A stretch of DNA of 64,000 bases from a bacterium (GCA_037443185.1 JBBIOV010000003.1:5458-69457), one strand, 5' to 3'; shown: positions 10,670-21,729, counted from the stretch's first letter. Program-made: numbers and translations. Notes: generated by a model not told the origin, from the letters alone.

Positions 10670-11941
10670 TTAAAGTAAAACCTCTTGTTTATTTTTTTGA
10701 GATAACTCCTCAGGCTTAAAAATATGGATTTTGCCGTATGTTCCATCGTATCCTGGTTCAATATGTAATTTATTTTCCCTTACTCTTTTTATCCCCTCGG
10801 CGATATTTTGAGATATTTTAGCAATAACTGAAAGATCAGCTTCATTTAGGATATAAATTTCAGGACCAATATTTTTTATTAAGGAAAAATATATTCTCCA
10901 GACTTTTTCTGATTTAGACTTTATTCCTAGCGCTTCCATAATAATTTCATCCAGCGGAATTAAATTTTTGTAGGGTATAAATTTATCAGAAATATAACCT
11001 TTTGGCCTGTCTGCTAAAAGTTCTATTCGGTGTAAAACTCCGATTGTTAAGGGTTTTTTGCAATGTGGGCAGATGCCTTTTAGTTTTTTTGTCTGCTTAG
11101 GCATTAATGATACTTTACAAACAGAGTGTCCATCAATATGATATTTTCCTTCTTCCGGGAAAAACTCTAAAGTATAAAGAAAATTTTGCTTATTTTTTGT
11201 TTTAATCGCATTAATAATTGCTTTATAATTTAGTTCAGTATTAAAAACATTTGCTTCGCGGCCTATTTTTTGTAAGCTATGACTATCAGAATTACTCACA
11301 AGAGCGTATTTATCAAGTTTTGAGATACGCCAGTTCATAGATGGATCTGAAGACAGCCCTGTTTCAATGGCGAAAATTTTATTAGTCCATTTATCAAAAC
11401 ATTCCTCCACAGAATCAAAACCAGATTTTGAACCAAAAATCGAAAACCAAGGAGTCCAAGCATGCGCTGGAATAATTACGGCTTCTTCTGTATTTTCAAA
11501 AACAATTTTTGCTAAATCTTCGGATGTAATTCCAATAATTGGTCGCCCGTCCGACATTAAATTTCCTACCCACGCTAGTCTCGCGTTTATTTCCTCTACT
11601 GATTTAAAATCAGGCGCCCATATAATATGGTGTACTTTTCTAACTTTGCCAAACTTAAAATAGATTAAACTTACTTCAGCTGTCAGCATAAATCTTGTGG
11701 GTTCTTGAGTAATGCCATTTTCAGTTTTGCGGTATTCTTTTTTTAATTTAAAAAGACCATGGTCTGCTGGTTCTAATTTTTCTTTTAATTCTTTAAGCCA
11801 ATACGGATGAGTGAAATCTCCTGTACCTAAAACCTGGATACCTTTTATACGAGCCCAAAAATCCAGATTCTCAAGAGTCATTTCTTTTGAGGTAGCTCGC
11901 GAGTACTTTGAATGAATTTGCAGGTCAGCAACGAATTTCAT
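10670..11941 (-). CDS. Endonuclease Q family PHP-domain protein with Zn-finger
   Basis: ADLQIHSKYSRATS, GTGDFTHP, PAHAWTPWFS, NSDSHS, GKYHIDGH..C and CPHC...GVLHR motifs. Confidence 0.88.
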   Translation of the reverse strand: MKFVADLQIHSKYSRATSKEMTLENLDFWARIKGIQVLGTGDFTHPYWLKELKEKLEPADHGLFKLKKEYRKTENGITQEPTRFMLTAEVSLIYFKFGKVRKVHHIIWAPDFKSVEEINARLAWVGNLMSDGRPIIGITSEDLAKIVFENTEEAVIIPAHAWTPWFSIFGSKSGFDSVEECFDKWTNKIFAIETGLSSDPSMNWRISKLDKYALVSNSDSHSLQKIGREANVFNTELNYKAIINAIKTKNKQNFLYTLEFFPEEGKYHIDGHSVCKVSLMPKQTKKLKGICPHCKKPLTIGVLHRIELLADRPKGYISDKFIPYKNLIPLDEIIMEALGIKSKSEKVWRIYFSLIKNIGPEIYILNEADLSVIAKISQNIAEGIKRVRENKLHIEPGYDGTYGKIHIFKPEELSQKNKQEVLL

Positions 11942-11977
11942 AATATTATTGTACCAAACAATTGTCAAAATAAAAGT

Positions 11978-12058
11978 AAAACGCGCCAGGAATGCTGTAA
12001 TGCTTTAAGTTTAAGCATTTTTCCAGGCGCGTATTTGCCGTCCTCACCATGACGGCAC
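11978..12058 (-). terminator. Tandem hairpins / intrinsic terminator downstream of orphan gene 12085-12597
   Basis: Minus strand TGCCGTC..GACGGCA hairpin, followed by a long interrupted ACGCGCC...GGCGCGT stem and a T-rich tail. Confidence 0.6.
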
Positions 12059-12084
12059 CCCCTTTCTTTTTGTATTTTTCATAT

Positions 12085-12597
12085 TCATCTATCTATAGCG
12101 CTGATGATCTTAGCACCTCCTTTTTGAAGATCATACAGAATCACCCGATGACTTATCGGCTGGAAAAATTTTTTTCCAGCCTTCACCGGTGGCCGTTTTA
12201 TTAAGACATTTATCTTAATATACGACCTCTCAAACAGCCGACCACGATTGATTGGTTTGTTAATCTCGGTTTTAATCTTCACTTCTGCAGGAATAAAAAT
12301 CACCCCCGAATCATCTTCCATTTTCACTGCCACCTCTTCAGATTCTCCGCGAAGATTAAGACGGTTATTATGCCAAGCACCGTCTTTTTCCAAGGAGAAT
12401 TTTCCTATGGTTTCATAGATTATTTGCTTAAGTTCATTAAGCAAAGGATCCTCTGGCCAATTAGGAAGAATTTCAGTCTCAAGTATTAACTTTTTTAGTC
12501 TTTCTAATTCGGTCTGATGACCATTTTGTCTGTCGCCAACTTGCGTTTGTTGATCTTGAGCAAGCGCCATTACTATAGGCAATTTAGTCATTTTCAA
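12085..12597 (-). CDS. Hypothetical protein (stand-alone, SD-led)
   Basis: 170-aa ORF with an AAGGAGGGA SD ~6 nt before TTG, its own TTGACA-16-TAAGAT promoter and a terminator. No family recognised. Confidence 0.7.
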   Translation of the reverse strand: MKMTKLPIVMALAQDQQTQVGDRQNGHQTELERLKKLILETEILPNWPEDPLLNELKQIIYETIGKFSLEKDGAWHNNRLNLRGESEEVAVKMEDDSGVIFIPAEVKIKTEINKPINRGRLFERSYIKINVLIKRPPVKAGKKFFQPISHRVILYDLQKGGAKIISAIDR

Positions 12598-12784
12598 AGA
12601 ACATCCCTCCTTTGATTCATTAATTTTATCTTAATCTCAAGTGATTTTTTGTCAAGTTTGTATATTTGTTAAATACATATCAGGGGTAATGTTTTTAAAA
12701 AATTATTAAAGTTTACCACTATTTCACTTAAGATGTTATTTGAAAAAGCAATTTAGAACCTTCGTGAATTTTTAAGACAATTGC

Positions 12785-13648
12785 CTATAAATGAATATCA
12801 ATTAAATACTCCTTCAATGCTTCATAATAAAATCTTAAAGGGGGAAGTTTTGTATTAATCAAAATAGAGTATTGGGGACGTTTTGCTTTACTAATATAAT
12901 CTTTTAAGCTAATGGGGATAAGTTTTGGAACTTTAAATTTTTTATCAAAATTTTTTTTAATCTGAAATATTTCAAAAGCATAATCAAAAAAATTTATGAC
13001 TCCTCCATTAGTTCGATGAAAGATTCCTCCGGTGAAATTTTGGTTTTGTAAAAGCTGGCGCGAAGCATAAGCTAAATCGAGAGCATAAGTTACCGAGACA
13101 AATTGATCTGAAACCAATTTTATTTCAGAGAGTTTATCTGCTAAATTTAGCATCGTAGTGACAAAATTTTTTCCACCTATACCAAAAACATAACTTGTCC
13201 TGATTAAGTAAAAATTAGGGATAGAAAAATTTTCAGATATTTCACGAAGATAATTCTCTCCGGCTAATTTGGATTTACCATAGACATTAAGTGGATTTTG
13301 AGGAATCTCTTCTTCTTTATATCCTTCCTTTTTTGACCCATCAAAAACAAAATCTGTGCTATAGTGAAAAAATTTTGCTTGAATTTCAAGAGAAACTTTT
13401 GCTAAATTTTTAACTGCTTCAGCATTAACTTTAAAACAAAGTTCTTTTTCTGTCTCGGCTTTTTCGACATCGGTGTAAGCGGCAGCATTAAAAATCACAT
13501 CAGGTTTCAGTTGTGAAATTTTTTTTTGCGTTTTGCGAAAGTCAGTAATATCAAGATTTTGAATATCCCAACAAATTGGCTTTAAATCAATGAATGCTTT
13601 TTTTAATGCTAAGCCAACTAAACCCTTGCCCAAAATAAGTATTTTCAT
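12785..13648 (-). CDS. rfbD: dTDP-4-dehydrorhamnose reductase
   Basis: ILILGKGLVG, NAAAYTDVEKAE, STDFVFDG and PLNVYGKSKLAGE motifs. Confidence 0.92.
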   Translation of the reverse strand: MKILILGKGLVGLALKKAFIDLKPICWDIQNLDITDFRKTQKKISQLKPDVIFNAAAYTDVEKAETEKELCFKVNAEAVKNLAKVSLEIQAKFFHYSTDFVFDGSKKEGYKEEEIPQNPLNVYGKSKLAGENYLREISENFSIPNFYLIRTSYVFGIGGKNFVTTMLNLADKLSEIKLVSDQFVSVTYALDLAYASRQLLQNQNFTGGIFHRTNGGVINFFDYAFEIFQIKKNFDKKFKVPKLIPISLKDYISKAKRPQYSILINTKLPPLRFYYEALKEYLIDIHL

Positions 13649-13730
13649 TGTTTGAAAAAATTATATAAAATTTAACCACAACGCATTTTCGAAGGTTTTA
13701 TAATGATTGAAGTTTAAAGGTGGGTAGTAT

Positions 13731-15719
13731 TTATTTAAAAAATGTTTTTATTTTGTCTCTTAAAAGGGCGGCTTTTTCGAAATCCAATTCTTGCGCGGCT
13801 TTTTTCATCTGCTTGCGTAGTTCTTGTAAGATGATTTGTTTTTCTTTTTCCGATGCATATTTTATTTTTTCATCAATATTTCTAAGGGATTTTTCTAAAG
13901 ATTTTTTAGTTAATTTTGAGCCAACTATTTCCAGAGGGCGAATTTCTTTAATGATACTTTTGGGAGTGATATTATTTTTTAAATTATATTCTTTTTGGAT
14001 CTGGCGTCTGAAGTTGGTTTGTTCTATGGCGCGACGCATGCTAGCGGTAATTGTATCAGCATATAAAATTACTTTTCCTTCAATATGTCTGGCAGCTCTT
14101 CCTATAGTTTGAATTAATGTCGTCTCTGATCTTAAAAAGCCTTCCTTATCGGCGTCTAAAATTAATATTAAAGAAACTTCAGGCAAATCTAAACCTTCAC
14201 GTAATAGGTTAATTCCAACAATAACATCATAAGCGCCTTTTCTTAAATTATATAATATTTCTGGCCTATTTAAAGTATGAATTTCAGAATGTAAATATTC
14301 AGCATTTATTTTGTGTTCTTTTAAATATTCAGCTAGATTTTCTGCTGAGCGCTTTGTTAAAGTAGTAATTAACACTCTTTGTTTTTTGGCGATTGCTTGT
14401 TTTATTTCCTTGAGAATATCTTTTATCTGATTTTTTGTTGGACGTAATTCAATTTCAGGATCAAGAAGACCGGTTGGACGAATAAACATTTTGGCGATAA
14501 AAGGAGAAGATCTTTTTATTTCAAATTCAGCTGGAGTGGCGGAAACATAAATTACTTGATCTAATTTTTTATCAAATTCAGTAAATTTTAATGGTCTATT
14601 ATCAATTGCCGAAGGAAGCCTAAATCCATAATCTATTAAAACTTGTTTTCTGGAACGATCTCCTTCATACATACCTTTAATTTGTGGAATTGTCATATGT
14701 GACTCGTCTATAAATGTTAAATAACCTCCGGTTTTTTTAGTCGTAAAAATAAAAAAATCAATTAAAGTGCTTGGGGGATCTCCAGGAGCACGAAATTCTA
14801 AATGACGTGAATAATTCTCAATTCCTGAACAAAAGCCATTGAGTTTTAACATCTCTAAATCATAATTTGTTCTTTCTTGAATACGTTGAGCTTCAATAAA
14901 TTTATTTCTTTTTTTGAAATATTTGATACGTTCTTGCAATTCTGTTTTAATATTTTGTAGCGCTAAATCTAATTTATCTTGAGCTGTAACAAAATGCTTA
15001 GCCGGAAAAATTGTCACTTCGTTAACCTCTTGTGGTCTCTTAAATTGAAATTTAATAAAAATTTTTTCTATAAAATTTCCAAATAATTCAATCACGATGC
15101 TTTCATATCCACTTGGAGTAAAAATTTCAATCGTATCGCCTCTAGCTCTGAAAGTACCTGGTAATAGTTCAAAGTCGTTTCTTTCGTATTGCAATTTGCT
15201 TAAAATTTTAGTGAGTGAGGTTCTTTTTAAATCCATTCCTTTTTTTATAATGAAAGAAATTTTCTTATATTCTTCAGGAGAACCAATATTATAAATACAA
15301 GAAACAGAAGCAACAATTAAAACATCGCGCCTTGTTAAAAGTGCTTGAGTAGCTCCATGACGTAAACGATCAATTTCATCGTTTATTTTGGCATCTTTTT
15401 CAATGTAAGTATCAGTAGTAGGTATATATGCTTCAGGTTGATAATAATCATAATAAGATACAAAGTAATGAACGGCATTATGCGGGAAAAAGTTTTTAAA
15501 CTCAAAATAAAGCTGGGAGGCAAGAGTCTTGTTATGAGAAATAACTAAAGTAGGTTTTTGAACTGCTTCGATAACTTTTGCCATAACAAAAGTTTTACCA
15601 GAACCGGTCACGCCATGTAATGTTTGGTATTTTATTTCATCTTTTAAGTTGCGGCTTAAAAAATCAATAGCACTTTGCTGGTCACCTTTTGGAGTAAATG
15701 GTGAGATAAGCTTAAACAT
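13731..15719 (-). CDS. uvrB: Excinuclease ABC subunit B
   Basis: GVTGSGKT, FVSYYDYYQPEAY, DESH, GINLLREGLDLPEV and the C-terminal UVR motif. Confidence 0.97.
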   Translation of the reverse strand: MFKLISPFTPKGDQQSAIDFLSRNLKDEIKYQTLHGVTGSGKTFVMAKVIEAVQKPTLVISHNKTLASQLYFEFKNFFPHNAVHYFVSYYDYYQPEAYIPTTDTYIEKDAKINDEIDRLRHGATQALLTRRDVLIVASVSCIYNIGSPEEYKKISFIIKKGMDLKRTSLTKILSKLQYERNDFELLPGTFRARGDTIEIFTPSGYESIVIELFGNFIEKIFIKFQFKRPQEVNEVTIFPAKHFVTAQDKLDLALQNIKTELQERIKYFKKRNKFIEAQRIQERTNYDLEMLKLNGFCSGIENYSRHLEFRAPGDPPSTLIDFFIFTTKKTGGYLTFIDESHMTIPQIKGMYEGDRSRKQVLIDYGFRLPSAIDNRPLKFTEFDKKLDQVIYVSATPAEFEIKRSSPFIAKMFIRPTGLLDPEIELRPTKNQIKDILKEIKQAIAKKQRVLITTLTKRSAENLAEYLKEHKINAEYLHSEIHTLNRPEILYNLRKGAYDVIVGINLLREGLDLPEVSLILILDADKEGFLRSETTLIQTIGRAARHIEGKVILYADTITASMRRAIEQTNFRRQIQKEYNLKNNITPKSIIKEIRPLEIVGSKLTKKSLEKSLRNIDEKIKYASEKEKQIILQELRKQMKKAAQELDFEKAALLRDKIKTFFK

Positions 15720-15874
15720 AAAATAAATGTTAAAATTGTTAAAAATAATTACCAAAATTAAGATAAGTCTTGGTTGAAGAAATTATTATTTTGATGTTGA
15801 CGATTGTAATTAATATTTTACATTAAAACCTAATTTACTTGCTATGTAGTTAATATTGAGATATATTAAATAGT

Positions 15875-16450
15875 ATGTTGGAAACAATTAAAGGAAAATT
15901 AGAGGCTAAATACGAAGATTATCTCATTTTGAATAATGGTGGTTGGGGGCTAAAAATTTATATGTGCCGCCGTGATCTTTTAAAGATGCCAAAAGTTAGA
16001 AGTATTGTCAAGCTATTTACGCATTTTTCGCTTCGTTTTAAAAGCCAAGAAATCGAATTGCTTATTTTTGGTTTTTTAAAGAAAGAGGACAGAGATTTTT
16101 TTAGGGAGCTTTTGAAAAAAAATCAGATTGGGGTTAAAATAGCATTTTCTATTTTAAATTTTGCTAGTCATTCTCAAATTAAAAATGCTTTTAAAAAAGG
16201 AGATATTAATTTCTTCAAAGATTGTAAAGGCATTCCCAAGAAAGTCATAAAAAATTTATTTTTGGAACACTCTTTAGTGGAAGAATTTAAAAAAAATAAA
16301 ATAAGTGAAGAAGATAAAAAAATTATTGCGGCGCTTAAAAAATTAGGGTATGGCGCAGCCGAAGCTAAAGAAGCAATTTTAAAAATTCCTATTCAAGTTA
16401 AATCTCTTCAAAATAAATTAAAAGAAGCGCTAAAAATTTTAAATCAATAA
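15875..16450 (+). CDS. ruvA: Holliday junction branch migration protein RuvA (divergent)
   Basis: MLETIKGKL OB-fold start, LIFGF, degenerate HhH motifs and C-terminal ALKKLGY...LKEALK. Confidence 0.8.
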   Translation: MLETIKGKLEAKYEDYLILNNGGWGLKIYMCRRDLLKMPKVRSIVKLFTHFSLRFKSQEIELLIFGFLKKEDRDFFRELLKKNQIGVKIAFSILNFASHSQIKNAFKKGDINFFKDCKGIPKKVIKNLFLEHSLVEEFKKNKISEEDKKIIAALKKLGYGAAEAKEAILKIPIQVKSLQNKLKEALKILNQ

Positions 16451-16468
16451 TTTTAAAATTATTTTAAA

Positions 16469-17458
16469 ATGAGTGATTGGAGAAATTTTCAAAAAAAATT
16501 CAGTCCAGGAAATTTCTATCAATCTCTTGAATGGGGAAAATTTTTTCAAAATAAAGGCGGTAAATTTTTTTTATGGCAGAAAAAAGAAGGCAAAACAATA
16601 AAATCTGGTGCTATTATTTTAAAATATATTTTGTTTAGACAAGTAAATTATTTATATGTTCCACTTGGTCCAATAGGAGAAATGAGTATTGAATGTTGGG
16701 AAGATTTTTTTGAAACTGTAAAAGCAATTGCCGAAAATGAAGGCTCTTTTTTTATTAGATTTTATGCTGATAATTTAAGTTATAATTTAATCAAGAAATA
16801 TTTTATCAAACAACCTCCTAAAAATTATTTTTTATCAGCCGGCAATATTCCTTTATTTAATGCTCGACTGGATTTAAGCGATAATGAAAAAAACATTTTT
16901 AAAAATTTGCATGCTAAAACACGATACAATATTCGTCTTGCTCAAAGAAAAGGCGTTGTCGTGAAATCGTTTTTTAAGAACGATATTTTAAATGAATTTG
17001 ATAACTTTTTAAAACTTCTTTTAAAAACCGCTCAGAAAAAAAATTTTTTAATCTATGACGATGTTCATTATAAAAGTTTAATAGAAAATTTTAAGGAAAA
17101 TATGGTTTTATTAATAGCTTATTCTCAACAGATACCTGTTGCTACAGCGCTTTTTTTAAAATGGGACGATATTGTGTACTATTTACACGGTGGCACAAAT
17201 TTTGACTTTCGTCATTTAATGGCGTCTCATTTATTACATTGGGAGGCTATAAATTTTTTCCGCAATTTAGGATTAAAATTTTATGATTTTGGGGCAATTA
17301 GCACCATCAAGATGCCAATTAAAAAGTGGGAAGGCATTACCAGATTTAAAATGGCTTTTAACGCAAAGCCATATATTTTGTCGCAGGCATACGATTTAAT
17401 AATCAATAAACCAACTTATTATTTGTATAACTTTTTTAAAAAAATTAAAAATGATTAA
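16469..17458 (+). CDS. FemAB/FemX-family peptidoglycan bridge aminoacyltransferase
   Basis: NFYQSLEWG, YVPLGP, KTRYNIRLAQRKGV, YYLHGG, YDFGAI and GITRFK motifs. Confidence 0.9.
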   Translation: MSDWRNFQKKFSPGNFYQSLEWGKFFQNKGGKFFLWQKKEGKTIKSGAIILKYILFRQVNYLYVPLGPIGEMSIECWEDFFETVKAIAENEGSFFIRFYADNLSYNLIKKYFIKQPPKNYFLSAGNIPLFNARLDLSDNEKNIFKNLHAKTRYNIRLAQRKGVVVKSFFKNDILNEFDNFLKLLLKTAQKKNFLIYDDVHYKSLIENFKENMVLLIAYSQQIPVATALFLKWDDIVYYLHGGTNFDFRHLMASHLLHWEAINFFRNLGLKFYDFGAISTIKMPIKKWEGITRFKMAFNAKPYILSQAYDLIINKPTYYLYNFFKKIKND

Positions 17459-19406
17459 AACCTTCTTCAGCGATATTCTCAATTGCTTTTTTTAATAATT
17501 GAGAATATCAATTAATCTCCCCTGCAGACATATAGCCTGATTGTTCTTTGCCTAAGATATTACGAGCGCCGCGAATTTCCAAATCCTTCAATGCTATATA
17601 ATATCCGTCACCTAATTCTTGGAATCTTTTAATATATTGAAGTCGTTTTTTTGCCTGAATAGTTAAACCTTCTTTTTTTATAAATGAAATAAGCGAAACT
17701 TTGAATATCTTTTCTACCAATACGACCTCTAATTTGATGCATCTGAGCTAATCCTAACTTTTGCGCTTGTTCTACTATTAAAGTATTGACCTCGGGCAAG
17801 TCAAGGCCATTTTCTATAATTGTAGTTGCCAGTAGTAAATTATACTTTTTTTCTTCAAAACGATGTAATGTTTTAATTATTTCTATCTCAGGCATTTTGG
17901 CGTGCAAAGTTGCAATTTTTATGCCAGGCACTAATTTCTCCAATTCTCTTTTTTTAAAATCAAGTTTGAAAATTTGGTTATATAAATAATAAATTTGTCC
18001 TTTTCGTGCAAGCTCAAATTTAATTGCTTCTTTTATTTTTTTTATATCATATGGTGCAATGAAAGTTTCAGTCTTTTTTTTGCCAAGCGGTGGTGTCAAA
18101 ATATTAGATATCTTCCAAATGCCACTTAAAGCTAAATGTAAAGTGCGGGGAATAGGAGTAGCCCTTAAACTTAATAAATCAATCGCTTCTTGCCAATGTC
18201 GTAATTTTTTTTGTTTAACTCCGCACTTTTGTTCCTCATCTATAATTAAAAGCCCCAAATTTTTAAATTTAACATCTTTGGATAAAACCCGATGAGTGCC
18301 AATCAAAAAATCTATTTTACCTGAAAATAAGTTTCGTAATACCTCTTTTTGTTTTGCTTCTGGCAAAGCCCTACTTAAAATTTCAATATTCACTCCTGTA
18401 TTTTTAAATCTATTTTTGGCTCTACGGAAATGCTGATCGGCTAAAATCATAGTTGGAGCAAGCAAAACTACCTGATATCCTTCTAAAATAGCTTTGTGGG
18501 CAACGCAAAATGTGATTTCAGTTTTACCAAATCCAACATCGCCACAAAGTAGTCTATCCATATACTCTTTTGAACTTAAATTTTTCTTTATGTCTTCTAA
18601 AGCTTGGCGCTGATCTAAAGTCAGCTTAAATTCGAAATTACTTTCGAAATTTTTTTGCCATTCATCATCAGGTCCAAATGGTTTTCTTTTGGCAATGGCG
18701 CGCCGAGCATATTTATTTAGTAGTTCTTTAGCTAATTTTTCAACTTCATCTTTTACTTTTTTCTTGGTTTTAAACCATAAAGAGCCTCCTAATCGATAAA
18801 TTATTGGCTTGGAAAAACCTATATAATAGGGACTTAATTTTTCTGATAATTCAAAAGGCACAAATAAAGTATCGCCTTTAGCGTATTTAATTTCAAAATA
18901 TTTTTTGCCTTTTAAAAAGACAAATCTATTAAAGATACCAATTTCATGATCTAAATGAACTATATAATCTTTTTTTTCCAGGCGATTTAAATAAAGTTGC
19001 GTTATTTTTCGTTCAAATATTCTTTTTTGTTCTTGCTCTTTAATTGATTTTAATTTTTAATGGTGACAGTTTTGTTATTTTTTCTATGTAGTTGCCAAAA
19101 AAAACTAATTTGATAAACTGTGTTTTCTAATATTGGGTAGATTTTCACAGTATCGCCTAAAACATTAAATTGACCTGGGGCTAATATAGTCTGCACTTTT
19201 TCATAATTTAGTTCTGATAAAACACGTAAGAATTTACTTAAAGAGATAATTTCGTTTTCTTCGATATAAAAAGAAATTTTTGCCCACCAAGAGTTTATTT
19301 GTCGAGATTTTAAAATATGGGCTTTGTTTTGTTGTAGCCAATTTTGATTTTTATCTACAAAAAATTCATCAACTGCTAAAATTAATAAATCTTTTTCATT
19401 GTTCAT
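17445..19406 (-). pseudogene. mfd: Transcription-repair coupling factor Mfd (short CPR form), disrupted
   Basis: Mfd motifs (CarD-like [42 protein letters not shown]) are split over three frames. There are +1 shifts in a T8 run (~19100) and an A7 run (~17675), and an in-frame TGA at 17510-17508. Confidence 0.85.
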
Positions 19407-19498
19407 ATTTTTAAAGTATATTTGAATTTCTTTGTATCGCAAGCCCAAAATAAAAGCACTTGCCAGAAAGCAACTGTGTTTGATAAAATAAAAATATT

Positions 19499-20110
19499 AT
19501 GAATATGCATTATCATTCTTGGCATTTAAAATATAAAATTTGTGTTTCTGGAGCAGCTGAAACTACTCATTGTGATGCTGGTGTTTTGGAAGCAGCTTAT
19601 AAAATAGGACAAGAAATCGTGAAAAATAATGGCGTTTTAATTACCGGCGCTACTCATGGTACTCCTTATTGGGCGGCAAAAGGCGCTAAAGAAGCAGGAG
19701 GAGTAAGTATTGGAATCTCTCCTGCAGCTTCAGAAGCCCATCATATAAAAACTTATAAACTTCCATATGATTATTTCGATGTTATAATGTATACTGGTTT
19801 TGAATACTCAGGTCGGAATTTACTTTTAGTTAGATCTTCAGATGCGGTAATTTTTGTCTGTGGCAGAATGGGAACTTTAAATGAATTTACGATTGCGTTT
19901 GAGGATAAAAAAATAATGGGAGTTTTGGAAGGTAGCGGTGGAGCAGCTGATCACATAAAAGAAATAGTAGAAAGATCTCATCGAGGTGAAGGAAAAATAA
20001 TTTATGATTATGATCCAATTCGTTTAGTGCACAGAGTGATTGAAAAAATAAAAGAAGAAAAAAATAATTACGATATTTTTAATCAAAAGTCTACCATTTT
20101 TCAAAATTGA
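19499..20110 (+). CDS. LOG/Rossmann-fold nucleotide-binding protein (TIGR00725-like)
   Basis: ICVSGAA, LITGA, GRNLLLVRSSDAVI and GRMGTLNEF motifs. Confidence 0.85.
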   Translation: MNMHYHSWHLKYKICVSGAAETTHCDAGVLEAAYKIGQEIVKNNGVLITGATHGTPYWAAKGAKEAGGVSIGISPAASEAHHIKTYKLPYDYFDVIMYTGFEYSGRNLLLVRSSDAVIFVCGRMGTLNEFTIAFEDKKIMGVLEGSGGAADHIKEIVERSHRGEGKIIYDYDPIRLVHRVIEKIKEEKNNYDIFNQKSTIFQN

Positions 20111-20121
20111 AAATAAATTTT

Positions 20122-20559
20122 ATGTTCACTTTAGAAAATCAGTTTGATATTATTGTGAAACTATTTTTAGCAGCTTTGTTAGGTTCAATTATTGGTTTTG
20201 AAAGAAAATATATAGGAAAGGAGGCTGGTATCAAAACTTTTTCTTTAATAGCTTTGGGAGCAGCGCTTTTTGTAATTTTAGGTAAAGAAGCTGTACCTTA
20301 TTTTTCTTTAAGTGGAGTATACGATGCTGGCAGAATTTTAAGTTACATTGTAATAGGGGTTGGTTTTTTAGGTAGTGGGATTATTTTACATCGTGGATTG
20401 CATATTCAGGGATTAACAACTGCGGCAGGTATTTGGGTTACTGCCGCTATTGGAATAGCCTGCGCATTAGGACTTTATTTAATAGCTGCTTTCACAGCGC
20501 TTTTTGTGATTATAATTTTTATGGTTGTTAAGAGACTCGAGGAAAACTTTTTTGAGTAG
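20122..20559 (+). CDS. MgtC/SapB family membrane protein
   Basis: IGFER..KEAGIKT, GVGFLGSGII and GLTTAAGIW motifs. Confidence 0.92.
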   Translation: MFTLENQFDIIVKLFLAALLGSIIGFERKYIGKEAGIKTFSLIALGAALFVILGKEAVPYFSLSGVYDAGRILSYIVIGVGFLGSGIILHRGLHIQGLTTAAGIWVTAAIGIACALGLYLIAAFTALFVIIIFMVVKRLEENFFE

Positions 20560-20567
20560 TTTTCGCA

Positions 20568-21719
20568 ATGTGGAATAAATTTTTAGCGATTAGTACTTTA
20601 ATTGGCACAATTATCGGCGCCGGAATTTTTGGTTTGCCTTATGCTGCTTTAAAATCGGGATTCGTTATTTTTATATTAGAGCTGGTGGTTTTATTTTTTA
20701 TAGTTTTTATTTTACATCTTTTTTATGGAGAAGTTGTCATTAAAACTTCAGGAAAGCATAGACTTGTAGGATATGTAGAAAAATATTTAGGAAAAAAAGC
20801 TAAAAAGATTGCTTTTATCAGTTCTTTATTTGGGCTTTATGGAACATTGCTTGTATTTTTGTCTCTGGGAGGAAAATTTACAGCCACTCTTTTTAATTAT
20901 TATTTTTCGTTTGATAATTATTTAGTTAGTTCTTTAATATTTTATTTTTTCTGTGCAATGGCAGTTTTTTTTACGATTAGATGGATTGTTTCTCTTGAAC
21001 TTTTTTTCTCTGGCGTACTTTTTTTAATTATTTTGATATTGACCGGATTGCTCGCTGATAAAATCGTTCCATCAAATCTTGAAGGTTATAATATCCAAAA
21101 TATTTTTTTACCTTATGGCATTATTCTTTTTGCTTTATCAGGCGCAACAGCTATCCCTGAACTTAAAGAAATAATTCATAAAGATTTTTTTAAGATAATT
21201 TTTTGGGGCACTTTTATTCCAGCGGTAATCTATTTTGTTTTTACTTTAAGCGTACTTGGTTTTACGGGAGCGGAAACCTCAAAAAATGCGATTGATGGTT
21301 TATTGTTAAAATTTGGCAATGGCATTATTATTTATCTTGCGACATTGGGGCTTATTTCTATATTTACCTCTTTTATTACCCTTGGGGATACCTTAAAAAA
21401 AATATTTTGGTATGATTTAAAAATTAATCATTTTCAAAGCTGGTTGTTAGTTGTCATTATACCACTTATTTTATTTCTCTTGAAATTTCAAGATTTTATT
21501 ATCATAATGGAAATAGTTGGTTCGGTAACCATTGCAATTGAAGGATTTTTTATCATTGCTTTGCACCAAAAAATTCAATCTTTTAATCAGCATTTCTTTA
21601 GGTCTTCTTACAGTGTACCTGGGGGGCATTATTTAAGATGGATAATTTTATTTCTATTGATGTTTGGTTCTTTTTTATCAATATTGGAAATTATAAGCCA
21701 ATTTTTTAATAATCATTAA
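20568..21719 (+). CDS. Aromatic amino acid permease family transporter
   Basis: GTIIGAGIFGLPY motif and ~11 TM segments. Confidence 0.85.
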   Translation: MWNKFLAISTLIGTIIGAGIFGLPYAALKSGFVIFILELVVLFFIVFILHLFYGEVVIKTSGKHRLVGYVEKYLGKKAKKIAFISSLFGLYGTLLVFLSLGGKFTATLFNYYFSFDNYLVSSLIFYFFCAMAVFFTIRWIVSLELFFSGVLFLIILILTGLLADKIVPSNLEGYNIQNIFLPYGIILFALSGATAIPELKEIIHKDFFKIIFWGTFIPAVIYFVFTLSVLGFTGAETSKNAIDGLLLKFGNGIIIYLATLGLISIFTSFITLGDTLKKIFWYDLKINHFQSWLLVVIIPLILFLLKFQDFIIIMEIVGSVTIAIEGFFIIALHQKIQSFNQHFFRSSYSVPGGHYLRWIILFLLMFGSFLSILEIISQFFNNH

Positions 21720-21729
21720 TTTTACTCAA

